This document shows positions 29,147-38,285 of a stretch of 63,319 nucleotides of DNA, one piece after another. Source of the DNA: Ignavibacteria bacterium (GTDB lineage Bacteria > Bacteroidota > Ignavibacteria > Tepidaquicellales > OLB5); NCBI GenBank assembly GCA_025451455.1, contig JANWKI010000133.1:1-63319 (forward strand), in the 5' to 3' direction. Below the pieces are notes generated by a model. That model was given only the letters and a program-made list of their open reading frames with translations. It was not told the origin of the DNA and did not search any database. The first letter of the stretch is position 1, and every line of letters starts with the position of its first letter. The position numbers and the translations under genes were made by a program.

Positions 29147-31258
29147 ATGTTGAACAAAGAGAATCCATCGCAGGTGAACCGATTTATTTCGGGGAAAAAA
29201 CAGTTATTATTTATTATACTCATCTTGTTTGTAACTATTGTTACTAATGCCCAGTGGCAGCAGGATGTGCGGCTGACAAACAATACTGCTATATCCAATT
29301 TAGTACCGAATAACTCATGGGCTATAAAAGCTAATGGTAATATTTTGCATGTTGTGTGGGCCGATAACCGAAACGGGAGCTACGAGATTTATTACAAGCG
29401 CTCAACTGACGGAGGTATAAGCTGGGGAACAGATACTCGGCTGACCACTAATAATAACATTTTATCTCCCGGTCCTTCTGTAGCAATATCCGGCACGACG
29501 GTACATATTGTATGGTGGGATACCCGTAACGGGGGGGGGATTGAGATTTATTACAAACGCTCTGCTGATGAAGGTGTTAGCTGGGGACCGGAGACACGCC
29601 TGACGAATGCCTTTGGTACTTCTTCGACCCCATCTTTATCAGTATCAGGCTCAGTTGTTCATGTTGTTTGGCAGGATGAACGTGATAGCCAGTTTGCTTT
29701 CGCTGAGATATACTACAAACGCTCAACTGATGGAGGCATTACCTGGGAGCCGGACCGCAGGATGACCAATGATCCGCTGAATTCTTTGAATCCTTCAGTA
29801 GCAGTGAACGGTTCAACAGTACAGATATTATGGCAAGACTTTCGTGACGGGAGCATTAACGGAAATAGTGAGATATATTACAAACGTTCAACAGATGACG
29901 GGTTTAGCTGGGGGCAGGATACCAGACTGACGAATGATTCTTCTATTTCAGAGTTATCTTCAGTTGCGGTATCAGGTTCAACTGTAAGTCTTCTTTGGTC
30001 AGATTTCAGAGATGGAAATTCTGAGATATACTACAAACGCTCAATAAATGACGGTATAAGCTGGGGAACAGATACACGGTTAACAAATGATGGTGGGAAT
30101 TCAAGCTCGGCAAATGTTACTGCATCGGGGTTGTATGTTAATGTTACCTGGAGAGATGACCGCGATGGAAACCAGGAAATATACTACAAACGTTCAACAG
30201 ACGGTGGCAGTAGCTGGGGAGCGGATATACAGTTAACCAATAGTGCCGGAATTTCAGACCGACCTTCAATAGCAGTTTGGGGATCAACTGTGCATGTTGT
30301 CTGGCAGGATATCCGGGACGGAAATTTTGAAATATATTACAAACGTAATCCTTCAGGAAATACGGATACCTTTACTGTTTCAGGACAGGTTACTTACAGA
30401 GATAACGGACTGCCAGTTAACAACGGATTTGTTAAAGCATTACATTATGACAGGATTACCACAAATCTAATCACTGTTGATTCAACTGTCATTTTGCCGG
30501 GTGGTTTTTACACTTTACCCCGAGTGCCTGGTGATACTACATATATTATGTATTATCAAAATGATGATGACCCTCTGGACTTCGTGCCGACATATTATCA
30601 ATCTACTATTGACTGGCAACAGGCAGCTACACTGTACCCAAATGAGAATCTGACAAATATTAACGGTCAGGTTTATAGAATTACTAATTCCGGAGCCAGC
30701 AATTTGCATATAGGCGGAACCTGTTATACACTAAATGATCAGCCCCTGACTGCGCTTGATAATGTTATAATTTATGCAAAGATTGGAAATGAATTTAAGA
30801 ATTACGGCATATCAAACTCAAATGGCTTATACACCGCTCCAATGCTTCCGGCAGGCAGCTATACTTTATATGCTTATCGTATTGGTTATAATTATCTCAC
30901 AAGGTATGAAACAATAACTAATAACAGTCTAGATACGATCAATTTCTATTTCGGCTCACCTATTGGTATCATTAATATAACAACATCTGTCCCTTCGCAG
31001 TATAAATTATCCCAGAATTACCCTAACCCATTCAACCCTGTAACAAAGATAAGATTCGCCTTGCCTAAGAGTTCATTTGCGAAGATCGTCATTTACGATT
31101 TGCTTGGCAGGGAAGTAGAAACGCTTGTCAACGAACAGTTAAATTCCGGAACTTACGAAGTGGATTGGTACGCCTCAAAATATTCGAGCGGTGTCTATTT
31201 CTACAAGCTTGAAACGGAAGGTTTTGTTGAAATTAAGAAGATGGTTTTGATAAAGTAG
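29147..31258 (+). CDS. repeat protein (six full and one partial EIYYKRS.DGG.SWG units), carboxypeptidase-regulatory-like domain and T9SS CTD
   Basis: The Asp-box-containing unit ...V.W.D.RDGN.EIYYKRSTDGGISWG.DTRLTN... recurs every ~47-55 aa. It is followed by an Ig-like segment (FTVSGQVTY...) and the CTD. Confidence 0.75.
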   Translation: MLNKENPSQVNRFISGKKQLLFIILILFVTIVTNAQWQQDVRLTNNTAISNLVPNNSWAIKANGNILHVVWADNRNGSYEIYYKRSTDGGISWGTDTRLTTNNNILSPGPSVAISGTTVHIVWWDTRNGGGIEIYYKRSADEGVSWGPETRLTNAFGTSSTPSLSVSGSVVHVVWQDERDSQFAFAEIYYKRSTDGGITWEPDRRMTNDPLNSLNPSVAVNGSTVQILWQDFRDGSINGNSEIYYKRSTDDGFSWGQDTRLTNDSSISELSSVAVSGSTVSLLWSDFRDGNSEIYYKRSINDGISWGTDTRLTNDGGNSSSANVTASGLYVNVTWRDDRDGNQEIYYKRSTDGGSSWGADIQLTNSAGISDRPSIAVWGSTVHVVWQDIRDGNFEIYYKRNPSGNTDTFTVSGQVTYRDNGLPVNNGFVKALHYDRITTNLITVDSTVILPGGFYTLPRVPGDTTYIMYYQNDDDPLDFVPTYYQSTIDWQQAATLYPNENLTNINGQVYRITNSGASNLHIGGTCYTLNDQPLTALDNVIIYAKIGNEFKNYGISNSNGLYTAPMLPAGSYTLYAYRIGYNYLTRYETITNNSLDTINFYFGSPIGIINITTSVPSQYKLSQNYPNPFNPVTKIRFALPKSSFAKIVIYDLLGREVETLVNEQLNSGTYEVDWYASKYSSGVYFYKLETEGFVEIKKMVLIK

Positions 31259-31308
31259 TCTTGATAAATATTGAATTACGAATTATTTGGATTCTCTCCA
31301 ATCTCGTT

Positions 31309-31491
31309 TTATATTTGTTTTTGTGGTATTCCCAACACAATACCTGCAGCTGCACCATAGATTGTGGTTATATACCAGCTTGATGTTAACGGACAGGTTC
31401 CACCGTTCGTGCACCCAACAAAGTAGTAGTATGAGTACCCTGCAATACCTCCAATTAAAATATACAATAACATCTTCAGGTATTTCTTCAT
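31309..31491 (-). CDS. small two-TM membrane protein with a C..GG.CP motif
   Basis: 60 aa, two hydrophobic helices around GCTNGGTCPL. Its start overlaps the upstream gene's stop in ATGA (31488-31491). Same strand and context as DUF2892 and thioredoxin. Confidence 0.55.
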   Translation of the reverse strand: MKKYLKMLLYILIGGIAGYSYYYFVGCTNGGTCPLTSSWYITTIYGAAAGIVLGIPQKQI

Positions 31492-31697
31492 CCTATTTTA
31501 TTCCTAAGCGTGCCTATGCCAAAAGGCAGGTAAAGCGGACATGTTCCTACTAAGGATGTTAATACAAAAATTATTGCAATAGCAGAAAGTATTATTCCCA
31601 ATAATCCCGGAATAATACCAGTAAAATATAGTGTAAATATTATAAGAGCTAGTATAACTCTTATGATCTTATCAGTAGAACCCATATTCTTTTTCAT
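31488..31697 (-). CDS. DUF2892 (YgaP-type) membrane protein
   Basis: MKKNMGSTDKIIRVILALIIF...LTSLVGTCPLYLPFGIGT matches the DUF2892 pattern (N.G..DR..R...G ... G.CP.Y..FG). Confidence 0.7.
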   Translation of the reverse strand: MKKNMGSTDKIIRVILALIIFTLYFTGIIPGLLGIILSAIAIIFVLTSLVGTCPLYLPFGIGTLRNKIG

Positions 31698-31711
31698 AAT
31701 TATCTTTAGAT

Positions 31712-32173
31712 TTAGTTTGCTTTCACAAGCAGTATTTCGTTAATTGCCTGCACAAAACCTTCCTTAGGCATTGCACCGCTTGACATCTGCGGTTTCCCGT
31801 CCATCGGAATGAATAAGATAGAAGGAATACTTCTTATTCCGAAGATTGAAGCAAGTTCCTGCTCTTTTTCCGTATCCACTTTATAGATCTGGATCTTACC
31901 GTCGTATTCCTTTGAAAGATCTTCGAGAACCGGGGCAACCATTTTACAGGGACCGCACCAGTCTGCATAGAAATCAATTATTACCGGCTTATCACCTTCG
32001 AACTTCCAGTCCGTATTTGTTTCGTAATTGAATACTTTTTCTTTAAATGTGGCTGCGTTTAAATGTACCATAGTTGTGTTTTTTACCTCGTTGTTTTCTT
32101 TTTTACTGCAGCCCTGGCCCGCAAGAGCCGTTAGTACCGCAGAAATGATTAATAATGTTTTAATTGTTTTCAT
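31712..32173 (-). CDS. exported thioredoxin
   Basis: Signal/lipoprotein-like N-terminus and the WCGPC active site (IIDFYADWCGPCKMVAP). Confidence 0.85.
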   Translation of the reverse strand: MKTIKTLLIISAVLTALAGQGCSKKENNEVKNTTMVHLNAATFKEKVFNYETNTDWKFEGDKPVIIDFYADWCGPCKMVAPVLEDLSKEYDGKIQIYKVDTEKEQELASIFGIRSIPSILFIPMDGKPQMSSGAMPKEGFVQAINEILLVKAN

Positions 32174-32201
32174 ATCCGCTATAACAATAATTAAAATATT
32201 T

Positions 32202-32218
32202 AGTTGCTACTAGCAACT
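32202..32218. promoter_or_regulatory. Operator O1: perfect palindrome AGTTGCTA-C-TAGCAACT
   Basis: Read directly. Lies 29 nt upstream of the thioredoxin ATG in the divergent 367-nt intergenic region. Confidence 0.6.
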
Positions 32219-32253
32219 TATATAAATGATTCTGAAAAGTCAAGAGATGAAAA

Positions 32254-32270
32254 AGGTGCCATTAGCAACC
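32254..32270. promoter_or_regulatory. Operator O2: AGGTGCCA-T-TAGCAACC (imperfect copy)
   Basis: The right half-site core TAGCAAC is intact (the final base is C rather than T). The left half matches 6 of 8 positions. Confidence 0.45.
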
Positions 32271-32346
32271 AATGATATAAATCATGTTTTCCTTTGATAT
32301 AGGACATTTTTTATCTCAGCCATGCCTGTTATTTTAGTATCAAGAA

Positions 32347-32363
32347 AGTTGCTATTAGCGACT
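32347..32363. promoter_or_regulatory. Operator O3: AGTTGCTA-T-TAGCGACT (one mismatch)
   Basis: Read directly. Lies ~180 nt upstream of the octaheme cytochrome gene. Confidence 0.55.
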
Positions 32364-32540
32364 AATTACTGCAAATTCTTTAAAAATCAACAATAAATCG
32401 AAATATATGAAAATCAAAATACTAGTATTCTCTCTATTATTCTCGCTTACTTCTCCAATATAATAATGAAAAAATGCTGCAGTAGGATATGTTGGGAAGA
32501 ATTTGTTATTTATTCATAAAAAACGCGCAGTGAATTAAAT

Positions 32541-33977
32541 ATGAAATATAAAAAGTCTGTTTATTACATGCTCCGCAACATTGGAATAGCACTGATGATG
32601 GTAGTTGTTATGAATTCATGCAACAAAGAATCCGGCACCACTAAGAATACTGCGCCGGCTCCGCAAAATCCCCTGGAAGGACGTGTGCTTCCGCACCTGG
32701 ATCACAGCCCTTATTTCAAAGACTCTATTGAATCTCCCCAGACTGTTACCCGTATGTGTATAAATTGTCATCCCAATAGCGCAAAGGAAGTAATGAAAAC
32801 TGCGCATTGGACATGGATAAGCGGTGATGTTGTGAGAAATGGTAAAGTAATGCCGCTAGGCAAAAAAAATCAGATAAACAACTTCTGCATCAGCATTGTC
32901 GGCAACTGGGCTTCCTGTACAACATGTCACGCAGGTTACGGCTGGGGGGATGAGAATTTCGACTTTTCAAAAGAAGAAAACGTCGATTGTTTGGTATGTC
33001 ACGATGGTTCAGGCACATATGTGAAAACAAAAAGCGGTATGCCTAATAAAAGCGTTAACCTGCGTTTAGTTGCTGGAAGTGTACACCGTCCGGGCAGAGA
33101 GAACTGCGGAATTTGCCATTTTAGCGGCGGCGGAGGTATGGGAGTAAAACACGGCGATCTGGATGAATCACTGATAAATGCAAACCAGGAGCTTGATTTC
33201 CATATGGGCAAACTCAATTTTCAGTGTGTTGATTGCCACACGACTAAAGATCATGTTATTTCAGGTAAAGTAAATACTACTTACACTGAAAAAACCACTG
33301 CAGTGAGATTTAATTGTGAGAATTGTCATACTGAAAAGCCTCATAAAGACCGCCGGCTCAATGAGCACACTGCCAGAATAGCTTGTCAAACATGCCATAT
33401 ACCTGAGTTTGCAAGAAAGCTTCCTACAAAAATGATCTGGGACTGGTCAAAAGCAGGGGATTCAACCAGAATAGACAGTCCGCATGAATACTTAAAAATA
33501 AAGGGTGAATTCAAGTATGAAGAGGAAGTTATTCCAACTTATGCCTGGTTTAACGGAAAAATGGACAGATACGTAATTGGTGATAAACTTGATTCAGAAA
33601 CTGAACACAATATCAATCACCCGATAGGTTCACGTGATGACGAGAAAGCAAAAATATGGCCGTTCAAAGTACATCATGCCATACAGCCCTATGACGAAAT
33701 AAATAACATTCTTATACCTCCGATAACCAGCGGAGAGGGCGGTTACTGGACGAAGTTTGACTGGAGTTACGCAATAGCAACAGGAGCAAAACTAAACAAT
33801 TTACCATACAGCGGAAAGTTTGGTTTTAGTCCAACAAAAATGTACTGGCCCATTACACATATGGTTACAACAAGTAAAAATGCTCTTTCATGTACAGATT
33901 GTCATTCATCCGGAGGTCGTTTGAACTGGAAGGAATTGGGTTATAAAAATGATCCGGTTCAGGGTCCCGGTAAATAA
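32541..33977 (+). CDS. octaheme c-type cytochrome, tetrathionate-reductase (Otr)-like
   Basis: Signal anchor plus eight CXXCH motifs (CINCH, CTTCH, CLVCH, CGICH, CVDCH, CENCH, CQTCH, CTDCH) in 478 aa. The Otr-family assignment rests on size and heme count, and is tentative. Confidence 0.65.
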   Translation: MKYKKSVYYMLRNIGIALMMVVVMNSCNKESGTTKNTAPAPQNPLEGRVLPHLDHSPYFKDSIESPQTVTRMCINCHPNSAKEVMKTAHWTWISGDVVRNGKVMPLGKKNQINNFCISIVGNWASCTTCHAGYGWGDENFDFSKEENVDCLVCHDGSGTYVKTKSGMPNKSVNLRLVAGSVHRPGRENCGICHFSGGGGMGVKHGDLDESLINANQELDFHMGKLNFQCVDCHTTKDHVISGKVNTTYTEKTTAVRFNCENCHTEKPHKDRRLNEHTARIACQTCHIPEFARKLPTKMIWDWSKAGDSTRIDSPHEYLKIKGEFKYEEEVIPTYAWFNGKMDRYVIGDKLDSETEHNINHPIGSRDDEKAKIWPFKVHHAIQPYDEINNILIPPITSGEGGYWTKFDWSYAIATGAKLNNLPYSGKFGFSPTKMYWPITHMVTTSKNALSCTDCHSSGGRLNWKELGYKNDPVQGPGK

Positions 33978-33998
33978 ACACATTAATAGTAAAGTCAA

Positions 33999-34526
33999 AT
34001 GAAAAAAATAGCAAAGCCCGTTAAAAATCCATACTTCGCCGGTTCCATTCTTGGAGTGGTTCTCTTCAGTGCTTATGCTTTAACTCACAGCGGGTTAGGC
34101 GCATCAGGCGCAATTAGCCGCATTCATGTTGCGCTTACCAAGTTGTTATGGCAATCACATGTTGATGTTATCAGTACTTTTGCTGTGATGGGTGCAGGAG
34201 ATACCAATCCATTGGATCATGCCAGTGTATTTCTTTTGATTGGCACATTTGCAGGTGGAATGATCTCAGCATGGTTTAACGGCAGATTAAAAGTTGAAAT
34301 ATTAAAAGGTCCGCAAATTTCGAATGTACAGCGGCTCATTTTTGCTCTGCTAGGAGGATTAATTATGGGCTACGGTGCCAGGTTTGCACGCGGATGTACT
34401 TCAGGTCAGGCATTATCAGGCGGGGCAGTTCTTTCGCTGGGGAGCTGGGCATTTATGTTCAGTGTTTTTACCGGAGGTTATGCAGTTGCTTATTTTGTTC
34501 GCCGTCTCTGGGCTGGATCAAATTAA
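33999..34526 (+). CDS. YeeE/YedE-family sulfur-compound transporter component (half-size)
   Basis: Four to five TM segments and the conserved GCTSGQALSG motif. Confidence 0.7.
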   Translation: MKKIAKPVKNPYFAGSILGVVLFSAYALTHSGLGASGAISRIHVALTKLLWQSHVDVISTFAVMGAGDTNPLDHASVFLLIGTFAGGMISAWFNGRLKVEILKGPQISNVQRLIFALLGGLIMGYGARFARGCTSGQALSGGAVLSLGSWAFMFSVFTGGYAVAYFVRRLWAGSN

Positions 34527-34563
34527 ACCAGTTTCTTTTTATCAATAAGAAAATTAATCTATT

Positions 34564-35760
34564 ATGTTACCTATAGATGTTATTGCAGTTCTTGGAAAAT
34601 TCGGCGGATATGCAGTTTTTGTTCTGATCGGTATCGGTTTTGGAGTTTCACTGGAATTGGCAGGTTTTGGAGATTCAAGAAGACTTGCCGCGCAGTTCTA
34701 TTTAAAAGATATGACAGTTTTAAAAACAATGTTTACCGGCATTGTGGTTGCCGCTCTTTTAATTTTTCTTTCAGCTGCCTTTGGGATACTTGATTTTGCT
34801 CAAATATCCGTGACTCAAACATTCTTATGGCCGGGAATTATTGGCGGACTTATAATGGGTGTTGGATTTATAGTTGGCGGCTATTGCCCGGGTACTTCAC
34901 TGGTTTCAGTAGCAAGCCTAAAAATTGATGGTCTCTTCTTTTTAATTGGCACTATTCTGGGTGCCGGATTTTTTGGCGAATCACTGCCGGCTTTTGAAGA
35001 TTTCTGGAATTCTTCATTTACCGATAGGTACTTGGTTTCTGACTGGCTGGGCTGGTCTATTGGTGCTACTTTATTCGCTGTAACGCTTATGGCATTAGTG
35101 ATGTTCTATGGTGCGGAAAAAGTTGAAGAGTTTTTCAGAACGAAAGGAACAGGAAAAGTATGGTCATGGAAGATCACAAGGCGTTCATATCTTTATGGCG
35201 CTGCTGCTTTGGTCTTTACAGCTTCTCTGGTATGGTTAATCGGACAGCCTGATCCTGTTCGTAAATGGAATTTAATGGAAAACCGCTATTCAGCTCAGCT
35301 TTCTTCACGGGATGTTTTCATTCACCCGCTGGAGTATGTAAAAACATATAATGAGGCTTCGATCAAACTTGTAACTCTCGATATTCGTTCAGAAAATGAA
35401 TTCAAAAATTTCCATCTCACCGGCTCTGAAAATGTTAAACCGGAAAATTTTCTGGATCCAAAGTTTGTCGCACCGCTTTCGCATCTTCCGTCTCAGGGTG
35501 TAGTGATCTTGATAGCAGATAATGATTCTGTTTCTGTTCAGGCATGGAAATACCTGAAAGTTCAGGGAGTAAACAACGTTTACATACTTGAAAATGGGTT
35601 AAATGACTGGAATAAACTTTTCGAAGGCAAAACTATTTCAGGAAAATCTTTCAATGTAGCTTCTCCGCCTTCTGAGGTACTTGGGTTGTTTCCCAAAGAT
35701 GTTTTTACACCGAAAATAAAAATAAGTAACAAAAAACGCTCCGGGGGACTTTGCAGCTAA
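34564..35760 (+). CDS. YeeE/YedE-family membrane domain fused to a C-terminal rhodanese-homology domain that lacks the catalytic Cys
   Basis: YeeE motif GGYCPGTS. The C-terminal ~110 aa is rhodanese-like (LVTLDIRSENEFKNFHLTGSENV ... VVILIADNDSVSVQAWKYL ... LENGLNDW). The active-site loop reads IADNDS where active rhodaneses carry Cys. Confidence 0.7.
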   Translation: MLPIDVIAVLGKFGGYAVFVLIGIGFGVSLELAGFGDSRRLAAQFYLKDMTVLKTMFTGIVVAALLIFLSAAFGILDFAQISVTQTFLWPGIIGGLIMGVGFIVGGYCPGTSLVSVASLKIDGLFFLIGTILGAGFFGESLPAFEDFWNSSFTDRYLVSDWLGWSIGATLFAVTLMALVMFYGAEKVEEFFRTKGTGKVWSWKITRRSYLYGAAALVFTASLVWLIGQPDPVRKWNLMENRYSAQLSSRDVFIHPLEYVKTYNEASIKLVTLDIRSENEFKNFHLTGSENVKPENFLDPKFVAPLSHLPSQGVVILIADNDSVSVQAWKYLKVQGVNNVYILENGLNDWNKLFEGKTISGKSFNVASPPSEVLGLFPKDVFTPKIKISNKKRSGGLCS

Positions 35761-35783
35761 ATCCAAATAAAATATTTGATTGT

Positions 35784-37682
35784 ATGAAATTATTATTGAC
35801 AGCATTTAAAGTATTGATCTATTTGCTGATCATTGGATTATCAGCATCACATGCACTTGCGCAAACATCTACAATCTCAGCTTTAAATAACACGGAGTGC
35901 TTGAAATGCCATGATAAAAATATTTCTGCCAATACCTATAATTCTTCTGTTCATAAATCATTAACATGTACAGCCTGCCACATTCAGGATGGTGAAAATG
36001 CCCTAAGCAAACTGAAAACGAAAAAAAATTCCTGTATTGTCTCTTACAAGCCAATGAACTGCGGCAGCTGTCATAACTCGATTTCAAAAGAACACGAAAC
36101 AAGCATTCATAACTCCACACGGCTTCCTGTATCATGCTCCAAATGCCACGCGAATATCCATACGATCACCTCGATCAAAAATGATAAGAAAGCTGCCGCA
36201 AAGCTGTGTAGCGTGTGTCACGAAAAAGAATCCTCATATTTTAAATCAATTCATTTCCAGGCACTGGAAAAAGGAAATAACGATGCTCCATCCTGCACTG
36301 ATTGTCATAATAAGCATGCAATTAACAAGATTGATAACGTTTCTGAGGGAAGGATATTCCATACCCAGGCCTGCATGAAGTGTCATGCCGATACAAGTTT
36401 GATGCTTCGCAATAAGGTTACAACTATTGCGGCAAAGTCTTATTTTGAAAGTTACCATGGTAAGAACATACGGTTGGGGTATCCTGAAAATGTTGCAGGC
36501 TGCTCTGATTGCCACAGCGCTCATAATATACTTCCGGAAAAAGATACAAACTCAATGGTAAACTCAGCTAATTTAACCAATACCTGCAAGCAATGTCATG
36601 CTGATGCAGGTATTGGATTTTCCAAATTTATAGCTCATGCTGAACCCAACAATCAAAGCAAGTATCCGGCGCTTTTCTGGGTGACAGTTTTTATGAACGC
36701 ACTGCTGGCAGGAACATTCCTATTCTTCTGGATACATTCAATCCTCTGGACTTTCAGGGGCTTTATTGAAAAGAAACATAACCGAGATGCTGAAAATTTT
36801 TCAGGAACTGAACATAACCCCAAGAATAATCTAAAAATTAAAAACAAAGTGTACAGGCGTTTCAGGCCGTTACATATAGTGCTGCACGTTTTTGTTGTAA
36901 CCAGTTTTCTTGCACTTGCTTTGACCGGTCTTCCATTAAAATTTAACTATACTTCATGGGGAAAAACATTAATGGACTTCCTGGGCGGTATCGGAAGCGC
37001 AGGTTTGATCCATCGTATTGCAGCTATAATTACCTTTGGATATTTTTTAGTAACTCTTGTGATGAGTATACGCTTTCTGTTCTCTAAAAAACATTCAAAG
37101 GAAACCTTTTTCAAAAGGCTGTTAGGCCCCGATTCACTTTTCATAAACCGAAAAGATCTGCGGGATATAATGGCTATGTTCCGCTGGTTCTTGTTCCGGG
37201 GTACTAAGCCGGCATTTGACAGGTGGACTTACTGGGAGAAGTTTGACTTCTTAGCAGTTTTCTGGGGAGTTGCAATTATAGGATCAAGCGGGTTAATACT
37301 CTGGCTCCCCGAGTTTTTTGGATACTTTCTGCCCGGCTGGATATTCAATATGGCAACTATAATACATTCAGACGAGGCTCTTTTGGCTGTAGGATTCATC
37401 TTCACTGTTCACTTTTTTAACACGCATTTACGAGCTGAAAAATTTCCTATGGACTTTGTCATTTTCAACGGTCAGGTTACTGAGGAAGAGATGATACACG
37501 AACGCGGCGAACAGTGGGATCGATATCAAAAGCAGGGAATAACAAGCAACTTTGAGGTTAAGAAACCCGGTTCTTTAGTATGGGAAATTGTATTACGTTT
37601 ATTTGGCTTAGCGGCTTTACTTACAGGTTCAATTCTGGCACTGTTTATACTTTATTCAATAATTAGTATAGGGGGGCATTAA
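35784..37682 (+). CDS. nine-heme c-type cytochrome fused to a b-type (HydC/FdnI-like) membrane cytochrome domain; CbcL-like quinol oxidoreductase
   Basis: Signal peptide and nine CXXCH motifs (CLKCH, CTACH, CGSCH, CSKCH, CSVCH, CTDCH, CMKCH, CSDCH, CKQCH). These are followed by ~5 TM helices with conserved His (HIVLHVF, IHRIAAI, IIHSDEALLAVGFIFTVHFFNTH). The ATG at 35784 is preferred over 35751. Confidence 0.7.
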   Translation: MKLLLTAFKVLIYLLIIGLSASHALAQTSTISALNNTECLKCHDKNISANTYNSSVHKSLTCTACHIQDGENALSKLKTKKNSCIVSYKPMNCGSCHNSISKEHETSIHNSTRLPVSCSKCHANIHTITSIKNDKKAAAKLCSVCHEKESSYFKSIHFQALEKGNNDAPSCTDCHNKHAINKIDNVSEGRIFHTQACMKCHADTSLMLRNKVTTIAAKSYFESYHGKNIRLGYPENVAGCSDCHSAHNILPEKDTNSMVNSANLTNTCKQCHADAGIGFSKFIAHAEPNNQSKYPALFWVTVFMNALLAGTFLFFWIHSILWTFRGFIEKKHNRDAENFSGTEHNPKNNLKIKNKVYRRFRPLHIVLHVFVVTSFLALALTGLPLKFNYTSWGKTLMDFLGGIGSAGLIHRIAAIITFGYFLVTLVMSIRFLFSKKHSKETFFKRLLGPDSLFINRKDLRDIMAMFRWFLFRGTKPAFDRWTYWEKFDFLAVFWGVAIIGSSGLILWLPEFFGYFLPGWIFNMATIIHSDEALLAVGFIFTVHFFNTHLRAEKFPMDFVIFNGQVTEEEMIHERGEQWDRYQKQGITSNFEVKKPGSLVWEIVLRLFGLAALLTGSILALFILYSIISIGGH

Positions 37683-37800
37683 AACAAATATTAGATTATT
37701 TTCATGAATTAGTTTGCCGGAAACCTGAAAACCTCTGTAGGCCGAAAGTAAGAACAGAAGAATTGCAGCAAATTATTGAAAGTTTAAACAATTTTCATTA

Positions 37801-37817
37801 AGTTGCGTCTAGCAACT
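37801..37817. promoter_or_regulatory. Operator O4: AGTTGCGT-C-TAGCAACT
   Basis: Right half perfect, left half with 2 mismatches. Lies immediately upstream of the MarR gene, consistent with autoregulation. Confidence 0.5.
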
Positions 37818-37827
37818 ATAAAACAAT

Positions 37828-38250
37828 ATGCCGGTGAATAGATCGATAGTAGAACTTATTTTTGAGCTTAAATTTGCCTGTATGTCCAAAGAGGAAAGCA
37901 TCAGGGAAAAACTGGATATTTCGCCTGCCGAATACAGGGGAATACTCTCCCTACGGCCTGGTAAGATAGTATCCTGTATGCAGCTTTCAAATACCATGGG
38001 TCTTTCAAAATCACGAGGCAGCAGGGTTGTGGATAAGCTTATTGCAAACGGTTATTTGAAAGAGGCAAAAAAAGTAGATGATAAGCGTGTATTTAATGTA
38101 ATGCTTACAAAAGCAGGCGAAAAAGCCTTGAAGGAAATAAACGTGCTTATGAAGGAATGTGAAACAGCAATTCTTAAAAATGTACCTAAATCGGAGCTAA
38201 AATCATTTACCCACACGCTTCATAAGATATCAGAAATAGTAAAACCATAG
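37828..38250 (+). CDS. MarR-family transcriptional regulator (OhrR-like context)
   Basis: Winged helix (MQLSNTMGLSKSRGSRVVDKLIANGYLKEAKKVDDKRVFNVMLTKAGEKAL). An alternative ATG lies at 37882. Followed by an OsmC/Ohr-family gene. Confidence 0.75.
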   Translation: MPVNRSIVELIFELKFACMSKEESIREKLDISPAEYRGILSLRPGKIVSCMQLSNTMGLSKSRGSRVVDKLIANGYLKEAKKVDDKRVFNVMLTKAGEKALKEINVLMKECETAILKNVPKSELKSFTHTLHKISEIVKP

Positions 38251-38285
38251 CAAATTGAATCAAACTTGCAGAGTTGTCCAATGCT

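Noticed and set aside
34564-35760. Calling the C-terminal domain an active sulfurtransferase
   Set aside because: The loop that should carry the catalytic Cys reads IADNDSVS, so only a non-catalytic rhodanese-homology domain is supported.
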